64,000 nt of DNA from Candidatus Taylorbacteria bacterium RIFCSPHIGHO2_01_FULL_46_22b (GCA_001820875.1 MHRF01000013.1:9992-73991), one strand, 5' to 3'. Shown: positions 39,075 to 49,354, numbered from the stretch's first letter. Notes: generated by a model from the sequence alone, not told the origin. Program-made: numbers and translations.

Positions 39075-39572
39075 TTACTCCTCTGAACCTGCATCCGGAA
39101 AAGTCTTAAACGTAGTTAATACTACTGATCCCTCATCTGTCGTGATCTGCTCGTCTTTCTTGGGATCAAATGCTCGATCTCCATTGTCTTTCCGAAGAAC
39201 TGCATAGTAACTCTGGCTTGGCAAAGTACCTCGAAGCAAATCAACATTGCCGTTCGCTGCATTTCCAGCGTCAAACAGTTGCGCACCAAGAATTCTTCCT
39301 GGCTGTTCATTGTCAGACTCATGAATCACCACCCACCCTGATTCGGTAAACCCTATTTTTTCGATTGCCACATTGACTCCCGCTGCCTGATCAGCAACTG
39401 TAATAAAATTACCCAGACTAACTATCTCCTCTTGGTTTACCTGATCATCTACTCCGCTGGGATTTGCGGTGTCGCTATCTTTGTTGACAACAATAAGCCA
39501 CGCCAAAGCAAAACCAACCACAAACGCGAGCGTTGCCACAATCACTGTCTTTTGATTATTATCCTGTTGCAT
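39075..39572 (-). CDS. Membrane-anchored beta-sandwich protein (DUF7282-like)
   Basis: TM, then VADQ.AG, GWVVIHE, PGRILGA, YYAVLRKDNGD. Confidence 0.65.
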   Translation of the reverse strand: MQQDNNQKTVIVATLAFVVGFALAWLIVVNKDSDTANPSGVDDQVNQEEIVSLGNFITVADQAAGVNVAIEKIGFTESGWVVIHESDNEQPGRILGAQLFDAGNAANGNVDLLRGTLPSQSYYAVLRKDNGDRAFDPKKDEQITTDEGSVVLTTFKTFPDAGSEE

Positions 39573-39601
39573 GCGATTCTCCTTACTAATTTATTAAAAT
39601 A

Positions 39602-40441
39602 TCATCTTCCGCATAGAGCTTCGGCTTCAGCGGCGATGGTAGTGACCTTTTCTCTTTTTATTCCTAACTCAATTAATTTGGATTGGGAATCAAGAATTTG
39701 ACTACAAAGTACCATATCGTTGTTTAAAAGCAACTCTCGCTCTTCTTTGGTAAGACTGGGAAGACAGGTCACGGGGTGAAGTCGAGAATCCTCTATTAAA
39801 TCCCTCATGCTTCCTTTTTCGGGATAATTCCACCCCACCATCTTTAATCCGGCACAAACACCAAACTTTATGGCGTTTTCAGTAAATTTGGTGTTAGTCA
39901 CGAGCCACCCTTCATCCAAAGGGCGTGCCTTCCCATAATCAAAGAGTTGCTCTGATAAATCATCAAAACGGGCTTTGACATACAGTGCAACTTTCACATC
40001 GCTCTTTTCTCCCATACGGTTGTGAAATTTTGATTCTACCATCACTAACTTATTTTCATTGTATGCAACTAAATCGACTTCATGCGGCACACACCTTCCT
40101 TGTAAAATTTGATCGTTTTTTACCTCAAATCCCTGACTAGCAAAAAGCTTCGCCAAAAATCGCTCGAACGGAAATCCAGTAGGACCCAGATCAATTAGGG
40201 CGCGGCGCAAACTGTAACGTCTTATCGCGCGCGGATTCTGGACGTCTTTCAAAACTGAAAAAGCGTGGCGGTAAATATGATCGGTAGTCATTCCATCTTC
40301 CAATTCTTTTGAAATATGTCTAAGTACGGCCTCAACTTGAGAATCCTCCGCACCGGCGCGCAAAAGCGACGCCCGCAACTTTCCTTCATCAAAAAACTCT
40401 CGCTCGCCGTTTGCCTTTATGATCTCAACTTGTTTTTGCAT
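39602..40441 (-). CDS. ATP-cone plus Mrr-like restriction endonuclease domain protein
   Basis: IIKANGEREFFDEGKL (ATP cone), GFPFE, EVDL..., VESKFH, LVTNTKFT. Confidence 0.85.
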   Translation of the reverse strand: MQKQVEIIKANGEREFFDEGKLRASLLRAGAEDSQVEAVLRHISKELEDGMTTDHIYRHAFSVLKDVQNPRAIRRYSLRRALIDLGPTGFPFERFLAKLFASQGFEVKNDQILQGRCVPHEVDLVAYNENKLVMVESKFHNRMGEKSDVKVALYVKARFDDLSEQLFDYGKARPLDEGWLVTNTKFTENAIKFGVCAGLKMVGWNYPEKGSMRDLIEDSRLHPVTCLPSLTKEERELLLNNDMVLCSQILDSQSKLIELGIKREKVTTIAAEAEALCGR

Positions 40442-40448
40442 GCCCCCA

Positions 40449-41570
40449 TTATACTGAAAGCGGTTCCAAAATCCCACCGCCAAGACATTGTTCGCCGTCA
40501 TACACCACAAGCGATTGCCCAAAGGCGAGTGCGTCCGGAACTTCCAAGAAAATGCATTTCTTTCCTCCTTCAGTAATCCGGCAACTCATCCGTCCCCCAT
40601 GATAGCGGATTTGAGATTCGTATTCTTTACTTGCGTCTGGAGCTGATCCAGAAATCCAATTGGTATCTGAAAGCAAAACCTCATTTTGCTTAAAAAATTC
40701 ACCTGCTTTTCTCGTTCCAACGGTAATTGTATTAGCGACCACATCTTTTGAGACAATATATCGAGGGATGTCATTCGTTCCCTTTTCGGTGATGATAAAT
40801 CCATGTCGTTCCCCGATAGTAAGAAACCATGCACCTTGATGTTGCCCAATTTTCTTCCCTGAAGTACCAAGGACATCTCCTTGTGTGGGTTGAATGTATC
40901 GCGAAAGAAAAGTTTTGATATCTACGTGGCCAATAAAGCAGAGACCTTGGCTGTCTTTCTTTTCTGCTGTCGGCAATTTAAATCTCCGTGCCAACTCGCG
41001 CACATCTCTCTTGTGCAATCCACCAACTGGAAATAGTGTTTGCGCTAGTTGAGTTTGGGTGAGTGTCCATAAAAAATACGACTGGTCTTTGGTAGAATCA
41101 ACACCAGCGAGTAGCGAATAGCGAATGGTATTTGGTTGTTTTTCTTCTCTATTCACTCCTCGCTCTTCGCTCTTTGCTACCTTCGCGTAATGCCCGGTGG
41201 CAACAAAATCAGCGCCTTCCGAAAGCGCCCAATTGAAAAACGCGCCAAACTTTATGAAACGGTTACACATCACATCAGGGTTCGGGGTTCTTCCTTTTTT
41301 ATATTCAGAAATCAAGTGATCAACCACCTCTTGTTTATATGCATCAGTCAAATCAATTTCCTTGTAGGGAATACCTAGATGGGCGCAGACACGCATTGCA
41401 TCCAGCCGATCTTCTTTAGAAGTGCACTCAGTCCATTCGGGACTCCAAATTTTTATGAAAACTCCTGTAACATCATATCCCTGCTGTTGAAGCAGGGCGG
41501 CAGAAACGGAAGAGTCAACTCCTCCTGATAATCCGACGAACACTTGGCCTTGACTAGTCACGGACAGCAT
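40449..41570 (-). CDS. mnmA: tRNA-specific 2-thiouridylase
   Basis: SGGVDS, TPNPDVMCN, ATGHYA, KDQSYFL, DSQGLCF. Confidence 0.97.
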   Translation of the reverse strand: MLSVTSQGQVFVGLSGGVDSSVSAALLQQQGYDVTGVFIKIWSPEWTECTSKEDRLDAMRVCAHLGIPYKEIDLTDAYKQEVVDHLISEYKKGRTPNPDVMCNRFIKFGAFFNWALSEGADFVATGHYAKVAKSEERGVNREEKQPNTIRYSLLAGVDSTKDQSYFLWTLTQTQLAQTLFPVGGLHKRDVRELARRFKLPTAEKKDSQGLCFIGHVDIKTFLSRYIQPTQGDVLGTSGKKIGQHQGAWFLTIGERHGFIITEKGTNDIPRYIVSKDVVANTITVGTRKAGEFFKQNEVLLSDTNWISGSAPDASKEYESQIRYHGGRMSCRITEGGKKCIFLEVPDALAFGQSLVVYDGEQCLGGGILEPLSV

Positions 41571-41619
41571 GATATCACAGTCATGTATGTTCTCTCAACA
41601 ACTCCAAACTCCGAGGTTT

Positions 41620-41814
41620 ATGCCAAACACAAAACCCTTTCCACCTCTCGCCTTGCAACTTGGTGTTTTTGTCATCGCAATCATCCTCTTCACACTTCTT
41701 ATCAAGGTGGACGGGGAATTGTCATGGACTATGGCCGTGGGACACACTGTGCTCTACTGGTCAATGCTCGGAGGATTTCTCCTCTGGGCCCGACGACTCT
41801 CAAACAACAACTGA
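41620..41814 (+). CDS. Small two-TM hypothetical protein
   Basis: GAGGT RBS and two hydrophobic helices. Confidence 0.5.
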   Translation: MPNTKPFPPLALQLGVFVIAIILFTLLIKVDGELSWTMAVGHTVLYWSMLGGFLLWARRLSNNN

Positions 41815-41827
41815 ACCCACCTGCACT

Positions 41828-42118
41828 ATGAGCAAACCGAGCAACGTAAAAGTGATCAATCTCGTGCTTAACGGACCCGTCAACCGGAGGCTACAAATCG
41901 AGCGAGAGATACGTCTCGACAAATGCGAACAACAAGGTCTCGCGATCAATGGACGCGAACTTTGTACCGGCAACAACTGCATGGACGTCGCCGTTGTTGA
42001 GGTCAATTCTGTAGGGGTTGCGTTCTGCCGACAAATTGGCAGCGATCCCACCACAGAGGAAGAGCTGCTGGAGGCTGGGTGGCACCCAGTCACGCTGACC
42101 CCAGCGTTCACGGGCTGA
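41828..42118 (+). CDS. Small hypothetical protein
   Basis: Follows the previous ORF; a hairpin and U-tract follow at about 42136-42182. Confidence 0.5.
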   Translation: MSKPSNVKVINLVLNGPVNRRLQIEREIRLDKCEQQGLAINGRELCTGNNCMDVAVVEVNSVGVAFCRQIGSDPTTEEELLEAGWHPVTLTPAFTG

Positions 42119-42185
42119 TCCTTCTTCCGCACACACCACGCCGCTCTTCACCTCTGAAGGCGGCTGGTTCTTTTTCTTTTTTCAG

Positions 42186-43181
42186 CTACCGTAAGTACTT
42201 ATTTTTATTTGCGACATGTTGGTCGTGAGTGATTCCGTAGTGCATCACTCCCTCTTTATCCGAAAGGAAATAATAATATTTGCTTTCAATCGGCGTCACC
42301 GCAGCACGCAAAGAATCCAACCCTGGATTTGAAATCGGAGTTGGCGTCAATCCTCTGTATTTATAGGTATTGTAGGGCGAATCAATTTTTAAATCATCAA
42401 GCGAAAGCTGAAACGTATTTTTCCCATTCACATACTGAAACGTACAATCAATTTGAAGTGGCATCCCCTCATCGAGTCGCTTCCAAAGAATACCTGATAT
42501 CATTCGGCGCGTCTGGGTCAATCGAGCTTCCTCTTCAAGATACGAGGCCATCTTTACGACATCTGCCACGGGACGTCCAAATGAAGCAATCTCATTTGAA
42601 ATTGAATTAATCTTATTCTGGAAATTTTGTTCCATGGCGTCAATTATCTCGGGCGCTTTCACTGTAGGCAAAAAATAATATGTGTCAGGGAAAAGGTACC
42701 CTTCTTTTCCGTGTGCCAATTTGATGAATGCCATAGAATCAAATTCGCTAAACGCTTTTGAAGCAAGTTCTGCAATTTGAAATATATTGCTCCCTTCGGG
42801 CACCGTCAACGAAACAGGTTTCAGGCCAAAAACTCCGCGTGATATCCGATAACTGATGGCAAATACAGAACTGGGTTCTGATACGTAATAGGAGCCTGAC
42901 AATACTCCGTTGTCCGGATTAAACAGAGAAACCGCAATCCTGAATAAAAGCGGAGATTTGATGACATGGCGATCTTTAAGATATTGCGCAACTGAACTGA
43001 TGCTGGTGTTTTCGCGGACAGTCAGCAGACTATTAACTGGAAAACTTGACGGCGCCGATGATTCAATCAGAAACAAGATAAAAAGAGCTGCTAGGGTAAT
43101 CCAAAATCCGCGCCGAAATTGGCGAGACCCACGCCATAATGAAATCATCTTTGGAAAAAAAGAGAGAAGCGAGCTCCACAT
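42186..43181 (-). CDS. mltG: Endolytic transglycosylase MltG
   Basis: TVPEG, EGYLFPDTY, ASYLEEE, MPLQID, SPYNTY..GLTPTPISNPG. Confidence 0.93.
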   Translation of the reverse strand: MWSSLLSFFPKMISLWRGSRQFRRGFWITLAALFILFLIESSAPSSFPVNSLLTVRENTSISSVAQYLKDRHVIKSPLLFRIAVSLFNPDNGVLSGSYYVSEPSSVFAISYRISRGVFGLKPVSLTVPEGSNIFQIAELASKAFSEFDSMAFIKLAHGKEGYLFPDTYYFLPTVKAPEIIDAMEQNFQNKINSISNEIASFGRPVADVVKMASYLEEEARLTQTRRMISGILWKRLDEGMPLQIDCTFQYVNGKNTFQLSLDDLKIDSPYNTYKYRGLTPTPISNPGLDSLRAAVTPIESKYYYFLSDKEGVMHYGITHDQHVANKNKYLR

Positions 43182-43186
43182 ATAAT

Positions 43187-44422
43187 TTAGACTGGAAGAT
43201 TTGAAGGTGCTTCAGAACGGCGAGAATCAATGCGTGAAAGCGCGGGCGTTCGCGCAACCCTCCCTGGGAAATGATAGATAGTCGCCAATTCTTCAGTAGT
43301 CATAATAAAGGGGTGGCAATGAAAATCCTTAAAGGGTTCATGGAAACCCGATCGAAGTTTGTATGCCCGCAACATTTCTCTCTCGGCAGCAGTGCGCCGA
43401 ATGCGTCTGAAATCCATCCATGGATAATCAAAATCGGTAAACCATCCAAGTTTCAACCCATTGAGATAATTCGAACTGTATTGTTTGACACTTCCGATAA
43501 GCCCTGGAATTGCGGCAGGGTCAGGTGGGCCGGCAGGACATATATAAAATGCGCGGATAATCGTGTCGAACGCATGTTTTTCAATACTCCGTTCAATCGC
43601 CTGTATCTTTGTATCTTGGCCTTTGGTGAGCATTCCAAACACCCCCGGTTGACCAACACCAGCTTCTTTTCGTATGCGGGCAATCTCATATTTTGCCTCA
43701 TTTTTCCAATCTTTCGTCCGAAATAGATGCCCTTGCATAATACTTTTCTGTTTATGACCTTGAATGAGTATTTGTATCCACACTTGCTCATCTCTTTTCA
43801 TAGAACCGAGATACTCAAGTACGGCAGTAATGGGATCAACCTTCATCTCTTCTTCGGTGTTTTCATTATCCAATTTGTAATCAACATATGATTTTATCGG
43901 ATAGACATCTTTTTCGGTGAGCTTGAAATAACACCCCCACATAAAAAATCGGGAGAGATCGTGTACCACAGCGTTGGTATAATCTTCTGCATCATAGAGT
44001 TCAACATCAGGATATTGCGCATAGAGTTGCGCTTGTACAATGTTTTTGAATTTTCCCGGACCCCAGATAAAGAAACGTATCTGACCGTTGATGGAAACCA
44101 TCTCAAGAGAAAACCATGGCTGAATCTTTCCGAGCCAAAAAGTTTCTATATAGGTTGAAGCTGGTTTCTGCCATAAAGCGAACAGGAATGTCTCCATGGC
44201 AAGGGGGGTCTTCATAATTTCTTTAGGAATCTTTACCTCAAACAAAAAAGAACCCATGTGTTCGATATACTCGGATTGAATATAGTTAAGCCATGTACGC
44301 AAAAAAATGACGCCAAGAAACACAGGCATCCACCAATATATGTATGTGTACAAAACTTCCCCGATAAACCAGAGAATCGAGAAAAGCGCAGAAAATTGGC
44401 TCTTAAGAAGTTCGAGCACCAT
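43187..44422 (-). CDS. Membrane-anchored hypothetical protein (CPR-type family)
   Basis: TM, then FEVKIPKE, FSLEMVS, YAQYPDVE..DY, EELATIYHFP; start ATG 6 nt after TATAGT. Confidence 0.7.
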   Translation of the reverse strand: MVLELLKSQFSALFSILWFIGEVLYTYIYWWMPVFLGVIFLRTWLNYIQSEYIEHMGSFLFEVKIPKEIMKTPLAMETFLFALWQKPASTYIETFWLGKIQPWFSLEMVSINGQIRFFIWGPGKFKNIVQAQLYAQYPDVELYDAEDYTNAVVHDLSRFFMWGCYFKLTEKDVYPIKSYVDYKLDNENTEEEMKVDPITAVLEYLGSMKRDEQVWIQILIQGHKQKSIMQGHLFRTKDWKNEAKYEIARIRKEAGVGQPGVFGMLTKGQDTKIQAIERSIEKHAFDTIIRAFYICPAGPPDPAAIPGLIGSVKQYSSNYLNGLKLGWFTDFDYPWMDFRRIRRTAAEREMLRAYKLRSGFHEPFKDFHCHPFIMTTEELATIYHFPGRVARTPALSRIDSRRSEAPSNLPV

Positions 44423-44463
44423 AGAGATACTATACAACAGCAAAAAGGTAAATTCTAGGGAAA

Positions 44464-44497
44464 ACAAAACCCCGAGCAGACGCTCGGGGTTTTGTTT
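44464..44497. terminator. Intrinsic terminator
   Basis: AACAAAACCCCGAGC-AGAC-GCTCGGGGTTTTGTT. Confidence 0.8.
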
Positions 44498-45529
44498 TTA
44501 AACTACTATAGAGTATTTTCCGTCTTTGTCTTTCTTGAAATATTTCTGGTTCTGCAAATTGACGATAATAGTGTTTTCCTTGACATAGCGCTCTTTGAGC
44601 ACCTTGTCGATCACCTCTTCTTTTGAAAGAGACCCGTTCTTTTCAAGGACTTTCCGGATGACATCCCGTACTACCCCTGACACATACCCCCATTCAGAAA
44701 GAGCATACAATCCCCTGCCAACCAGAACAAAACGCGGATCTTTGATGAGTTCGTTATGCGTAGTTGCTACATGCGCCTTCTTGCCAAACAATTGCGTAAT
44801 TGATTTTGCCACATCGCGGAAATGAATTGGCGAACCATGTCGGCGCAATACCAAGAATGCATAATCTCGCATGCCTTTTGCGCGAATATTCGGTGATGAG
44901 GCAAGTCCCCATTCACCCAGCGGATTCTTCCCTATGGTTTTAGTCATTGAGAGCCAGCGCTTGAGCACTTCTTCATTTTTATATTTTTCGGAGACATCCT
45001 TGAGGTGTTCCAAAAACGCCGCGACCATGTCCGCTTCAGGAATAATGTCATTGTCTTTCAGATTTTTATACAAGCGACGGAGCGATTCATGCACACTTCG
45101 CGAGAGATCTTGGTCAATGTGCCAACGGTGATAAAAGGTGTCATCTTCTTTTTCTCTGAAAAAAGACTCTCCAAGCACCAGCATAAACATGACGTTATTC
45201 TGGAGCGTTTTATCTTTGGTCATATGCATAAGCAAATCCTTTTCTGCAATGATACCCCCAAGAGAATCAACAATCTTTTCAAGCTCCTCAAATGAAGGAA
45301 CTTCCTTCTTAAATTGATCCGACTTCCGAATGTTATGTAAAGCGTAGTTCTCAATCTGACGAACACGTTCACGGGTAATACCATAACGCTGACCAATCGA
45401 TTCAAGCGTCTGGCGTTCAGAACTCTTTCCCAATCCGTAGCGAGCAATAATCACTTCACGCGCCCGTTCGGGAAGCACCACGAGAAGCCTCTTTACTACC
45501 TGCTTCGGTTTCATCTTCATGGAAACCAT
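44498..45529 (-). CDS. Sigma70 region-4-like HTH plus HARE-HTH (RNAP delta-like) protein
   Basis: TLESIGQRYGITRERVRQIE; HNELIKDPRFVLVGRGLYAL. No sigma region 2. Confidence 0.8.
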   Translation of the reverse strand: MVSMKMKPKQVVKRLLVVLPERAREVIIARYGLGKSSERQTLESIGQRYGITRERVRQIENYALHNIRKSDQFKKEVPSFEELEKIVDSLGGIIAEKDLLMHMTKDKTLQNNVMFMLVLGESFFREKEDDTFYHRWHIDQDLSRSVHESLRRLYKNLKDNDIIPEADMVAAFLEHLKDVSEKYKNEEVLKRWLSMTKTIGKNPLGEWGLASSPNIRAKGMRDYAFLVLRRHGSPIHFRDVAKSITQLFGKKAHVATTHNELIKDPRFVLVGRGLYALSEWGYVSGVVRDVIRKVLEKNGSLSKEEVIDKVLKERYVKENTIIVNLQNQKYFKKDKDGKYSIVV

Positions 45530-45661
45530 TGTGTGTGAAATAAAATAGTAATACTACCTTTGGTACTCTAACTCAAAAACAATCTATAGTATCAATTCTG
45601 CATACTCTTGAAATATTGTCAAGAAGCCCCTTGACATTGACAATAATTTTAGAGAAATCCC

Positions 45662-48088
45662 TTAGATAGTGATACTCAAGATCTTTCCAAGCACATAAAC
45701 AACTTTTCGTACCACGCCTGTACCAAGCCATTTTTTCACTTCTGGTAATTCAAAAGCGAGCCGCATTGCTTCGGTTTCGCTCGTATCAGCAGCAACTAAA
45801 ATTATGCCACGAACCTTGCCATTTATCTGCACGGCGATTGATCGAGACATCTCCTTTATCACACGAGCATCAAATTCAGGCCATCTTGAAAGATGTATTG
45901 ATTTGTCTGTACCAAACACTCCCCACAACTCTTCACTGATATGCGGAGCAAATGGCGCCAATAACTGCAACAGTGTCTGATACGTTTTAAGCACAACGGT
46001 CTCCTGCTTTTCACATTCATTTATACATATCATCAACTGACTAACCGCCGTGTTAAATTTCATCTGCTCGATATCCTCGCTGACTTTTTTTATCGTCTTG
46101 TGAAGCACTGCGTGTAACTCTGTTGCCTCTTCTCTTTGCTCTTTCTCAACTTTCTGTTGTAAATTCCATACGCGCTCAAGAAATCGGCGCGTACCTACTG
46201 CGCCATCGGTAGACCATGCAATCGCCTGATCAAACGGCCCCATGAACATTTCATACAAACGTAAACTGTCAGCACCTACTGTCTCAATAAGCGAATCGGG
46301 GTTGATTACATTTCCTTTTGATTTTGACATCTTCACCCCTCCTTCGGCCAAAATGAGACCGTGCGAGGTGCGTTTGCTATACGGCTCTGATGTAGGCACC
46401 AATCCCTGATCAAATAAAAACTTGTGCCAAAAACGCGAGTACAAAAGATGTAGTGTCGTATGTTCCATACCTCCGTTATACCAATCCACGGGCGTCCATT
46501 TTTTAAGTTTTTCTGCGCTTGCAAACTCTTCTTTATTTTTGGAGTCAGCGTATCGCAGATAATACCAAGATGAACCTGCCCAGTTGGGCATAGTGTCTGT
46601 TTCGCGTCGCGCATCCCCTTTGCACTGCGGGCACTTGGTCTGTACCCATTTTTCAATCCCTGCAAGGGGCGATTCCCCAGTATCTGTTGGCTGGTAGTTT
46701 TTCACTTTCGGTAAGGTTACCGGTAAATCTTTTTCTGGTATAGCCACCCACCCACATTTCTCACAATGAACAAGAGGAATCGGCTCGCCCCAATATCGCT
46801 GGCGCGAAAATACCCAGTCGCGAAGTTTGTAGTTAACCGCTTTGGTAGCCCATCCTTTTTTGACCAATGAATCAATGATGTCAGCACGAGCTTCATCCCA
46901 CCTTCTTCCTCTAAATTCAACAGGTTCTTCCAAAATGCCATCTGGCTCACGATAAAATATTTCTTGTTTTCTGACTTTTTCAGCATGCACAGAATCTTTG
47001 GGGAAAAGAACGGGATGCAGAGGAATATCGAATTTCTTAGCAAATTTAAAATCGCGCTCATCATGAAAACTGCAATTCACCACACCGGTGCCATAATCGG
47101 CAACCACAAATGACGCCACCCAGATAGGAAGCGACTTCTTGGCAGGAGGATATTCAACATATCGTCCAGTAAAAATCCCGTCCATCTCGGCAGTTTCCTC
47201 ATAGATACCCTTCAAGCGTTTTGCAATAATTTCCTGTGCTTTCTGCATTACTGGTTTTTCAAATTCGGTCCCTTTTACCAGCTCAACTAATTGTGGGTGT
47301 TCCGGCGCAATTACAGTAAACGTCTGCGCCATATGTGTCTGTGGGATTGAATCATACATTTCAAAATACATATCAAGATCTTTCACTTTGAATCGGAGGT
47401 TTACTCCTTCACTTCTTCCAATCCAATTGCGCTGCTGAATTTTTATCCGCTCCGAAAAATCAACTGTATCTAAATCTTTGTCGAGCCGATCGGCATATTT
47501 CGTGATCGCAAGCATCCACTGCTCTTTCTCGCGCTTCTCAACCGGAGTGCCGCATCGCTCGCATGCGCCGTCCACCACTTCTTCATTGGCAAGCCCGATT
47601 TTATCCTTCGGACACCAATTGATCGCCATTTTCTTTTTGTATGCAAGACCTTTCTTGAAAAACTGGAGAAAAATCCACTGTGTCCAGCGATAATACTCGG
47701 GATCGGTTGTATTTATTTCTCGTGACCAATCAAAAGAAAAACCAAGTGCTTTGAGTTGTCTCCTAAACGTATCGGTATTTTTCCTGGTAACTACTGCCGG
47801 TTGTATACCAGTCTTAATCGCATAATTCTCTGTAGGAAGTCCGAAAGCATCCCATCCGATCGGATATAAAACTTCAAAGCCTTCCATGCGGCGTTTGCGT
47901 GCAATAACATCCATCGCAGTGTTGGAACGGATATGGCCAACATGTAGACCGTCTCCCGATGGATACGGAAACTCAATCAGCCCGTAAAATTTAGGCTTTT
48001 GTGATGTATCCGAAGCTTGATAGATATGTTCTTTTTCCCACCGCTTCTGGATTTTCGGCTCAATTTTTCGCGGATCGTACGGCTTCAT
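45662..48088 (-). CDS. leuS: Leucine--tRNA ligase
   Basis: FPYPSGDGLHVGH, GWDAFGLP, SRQRYWG, KMSKS. Confidence 0.97.
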   Translation of the reverse strand: MKPYDPRKIEPKIQKRWEKEHIYQASDTSQKPKFYGLIEFPYPSGDGLHVGHIRSNTAMDVIARKRRMEGFEVLYPIGWDAFGLPTENYAIKTGIQPAVVTRKNTDTFRRQLKALGFSFDWSREINTTDPEYYRWTQWIFLQFFKKGLAYKKKMAINWCPKDKIGLANEEVVDGACERCGTPVEKREKEQWMLAITKYADRLDKDLDTVDFSERIKIQQRNWIGRSEGVNLRFKVKDLDMYFEMYDSIPQTHMAQTFTVIAPEHPQLVELVKGTEFEKPVMQKAQEIIAKRLKGIYEETAEMDGIFTGRYVEYPPAKKSLPIWVASFVVADYGTGVVNCSFHDERDFKFAKKFDIPLHPVLFPKDSVHAEKVRKQEIFYREPDGILEEPVEFRGRRWDEARADIIDSLVKKGWATKAVNYKLRDWVFSRQRYWGEPIPLVHCEKCGWVAIPEKDLPVTLPKVKNYQPTDTGESPLAGIEKWVQTKCPQCKGDARRETDTMPNWAGSSWYYLRYADSKNKEEFASAEKLKKWTPVDWYNGGMEHTTLHLLYSRFWHKFLFDQGLVPTSEPYSKRTSHGLILAEGGVKMSKSKGNVINPDSLIETVGADSLRLYEMFMGPFDQAIAWSTDGAVGTRRFLERVWNLQQKVEKEQREEATELHAVLHKTIKKVSEDIEQMKFNTAVSQLMICINECEKQETVVLKTYQTLLQLLAPFAPHISEELWGVFGTDKSIHLSRWPEFDARVIKEMSRSIAVQINGKVRGIILVAADTSETEAMRLAFELPEVKKWLGTGVVRKVVYVLGKILSITI

Positions 48089-48097
48089 CCCGTTAGA

Positions 48098-49051
48098 TTA
48101 GTAAATGGTTTTTGGATTAACCGGATACAGAGCAGGGTCTATAGTACGTTCAAAACAAGCTTTGCCTGCCTCATGTTTCCATGTGTCAAATTCTTTACCA
48201 GGATATGCCGGATACGATATGGAAGAATCGATTCCGTAATAACCTCCGCGACCAGTATTGTCTTGAGACGGTAGTTTGAAGTCGGCGCAAATTTCAAATG
48301 TATATTTGTCTTTTACCGTATATCCGTATGAGGCATCTGTCTCTGGATCAGCAGGAACCATGTAATTTGATATCGGATCTGAAAGTTCGGAGATAGACTT
48401 CGGCAATACCCCCTTCTTCTGCCACTGATTGATAATCTGCCACTGAATCCCTGATAGATCGCTAACTCGTTCGTTGTCAAAACGAATTGCACGCTGTTTT
48501 GCAGGAGAACCTACCGCGATAAAACCGAGAACAATTGAGGTGAGGACAAGAACGACTCCCAGCCACGTAATTGTTCGACGGGCCATCGTCGCCATTTTAA
48601 ATTGAGGGTAAATGCTGTAGAAATAATACTTCCCTACCATGCCACCAACCAAGAGGACAACGAGAATCTTGTAGATAAAGCGAGCAGTGATCTCGCCATT
48701 GATGTAAGTATTGATAAGCGCAATCAAGTCGCCACCAACAAGCACTACTGCCAAAAACAAAGTCAGATAAACACGCCATCTGCGAATCCATACATTTGCC
48801 TTTTCCGGCGTCTTTGCAATATCTTTATTGATCAGCCATTCGAGCACATACAGAATCGGTATAAGTACCACGAGCATGGAGATCGGCCACGCGATCGAGC
48901 CTACGTAAAAATAACCTGCAAGCTGGTCAGGATTATAATAATTGATAACGCTAAACAAGAGATTGATCAACGCCCCTGCCGCCACATAAAGTACAATAGT
49001 CGCACCAAGATGCAGAAAGAAATCTTTAGGAGTTAATTTTGCTTCATTCAT
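48098..49051 (-). CDS. DUF5671-like membrane protein
   Basis: PKDFFLHL, several TMs, FDNERVSDL, DPET...Y...FEICADF. Confidence 0.7.
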   Translation of the reverse strand: MNEAKLTPKDFFLHLGATIVLYVAAGALINLLFSVINYYNPDQLAGYFYVGSIAWPISMLVVLIPILYVLEWLINKDIAKTPEKANVWIRRWRVYLTLFLAVVLVGGDLIALINTYINGEITARFIYKILVVLLVGGMVGKYYFYSIYPQFKMATMARRTITWLGVVLVLTSIVLGFIAVGSPAKQRAIRFDNERVSDLSGIQWQIINQWQKKGVLPKSISELSDPISNYMVPADPETDASYGYTVKDKYTFEICADFKLPSQDNTGRGGYYGIDSSISYPAYPGKEFDTWKHEAGKACFERTIDPALYPVNPKTIY

Positions 49052-49159
49052 ATGCGTGTTGTTAAATAAGTAGACGTTCATTATAACACAATATTACAGC
49101 AATATCCCTGAAAACAGGCCGCCCCGTCCTTCGGACGGGGCGATTGAAATCAAGACTGG

Positions 49160-49354
49160 TCAGAGATCCACCGTGGACCAGAGGAGCAAAATGCCGACGA
49201 TCTTGCCCATAGCAAGCGGTGTGAATCGAGAGTATTTTTCGTAAGCTTCCGGATGCTCATGTTTCAAATGGAACTCCAAGACGAGGAGGAACAGTGCCGA
49301 GAACAAAAGCAGAGCGCCAGTCAGACAAAGAAGAGCGGAGGGTGTGGTTTTCAT
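49160..49354 (-). CDS. Small membrane protein
   Basis: Hydrophobic ORF followed by hairpin GCCCCGTCC-TTC-GGACGGGGC. Confidence 0.45.
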   Translation of the reverse strand: MKTTPSALLCLTGALLLFSALFLLVLEFHLKHEHPEAYEKYSRFTPLAMGKIVGILLLWSTVDL

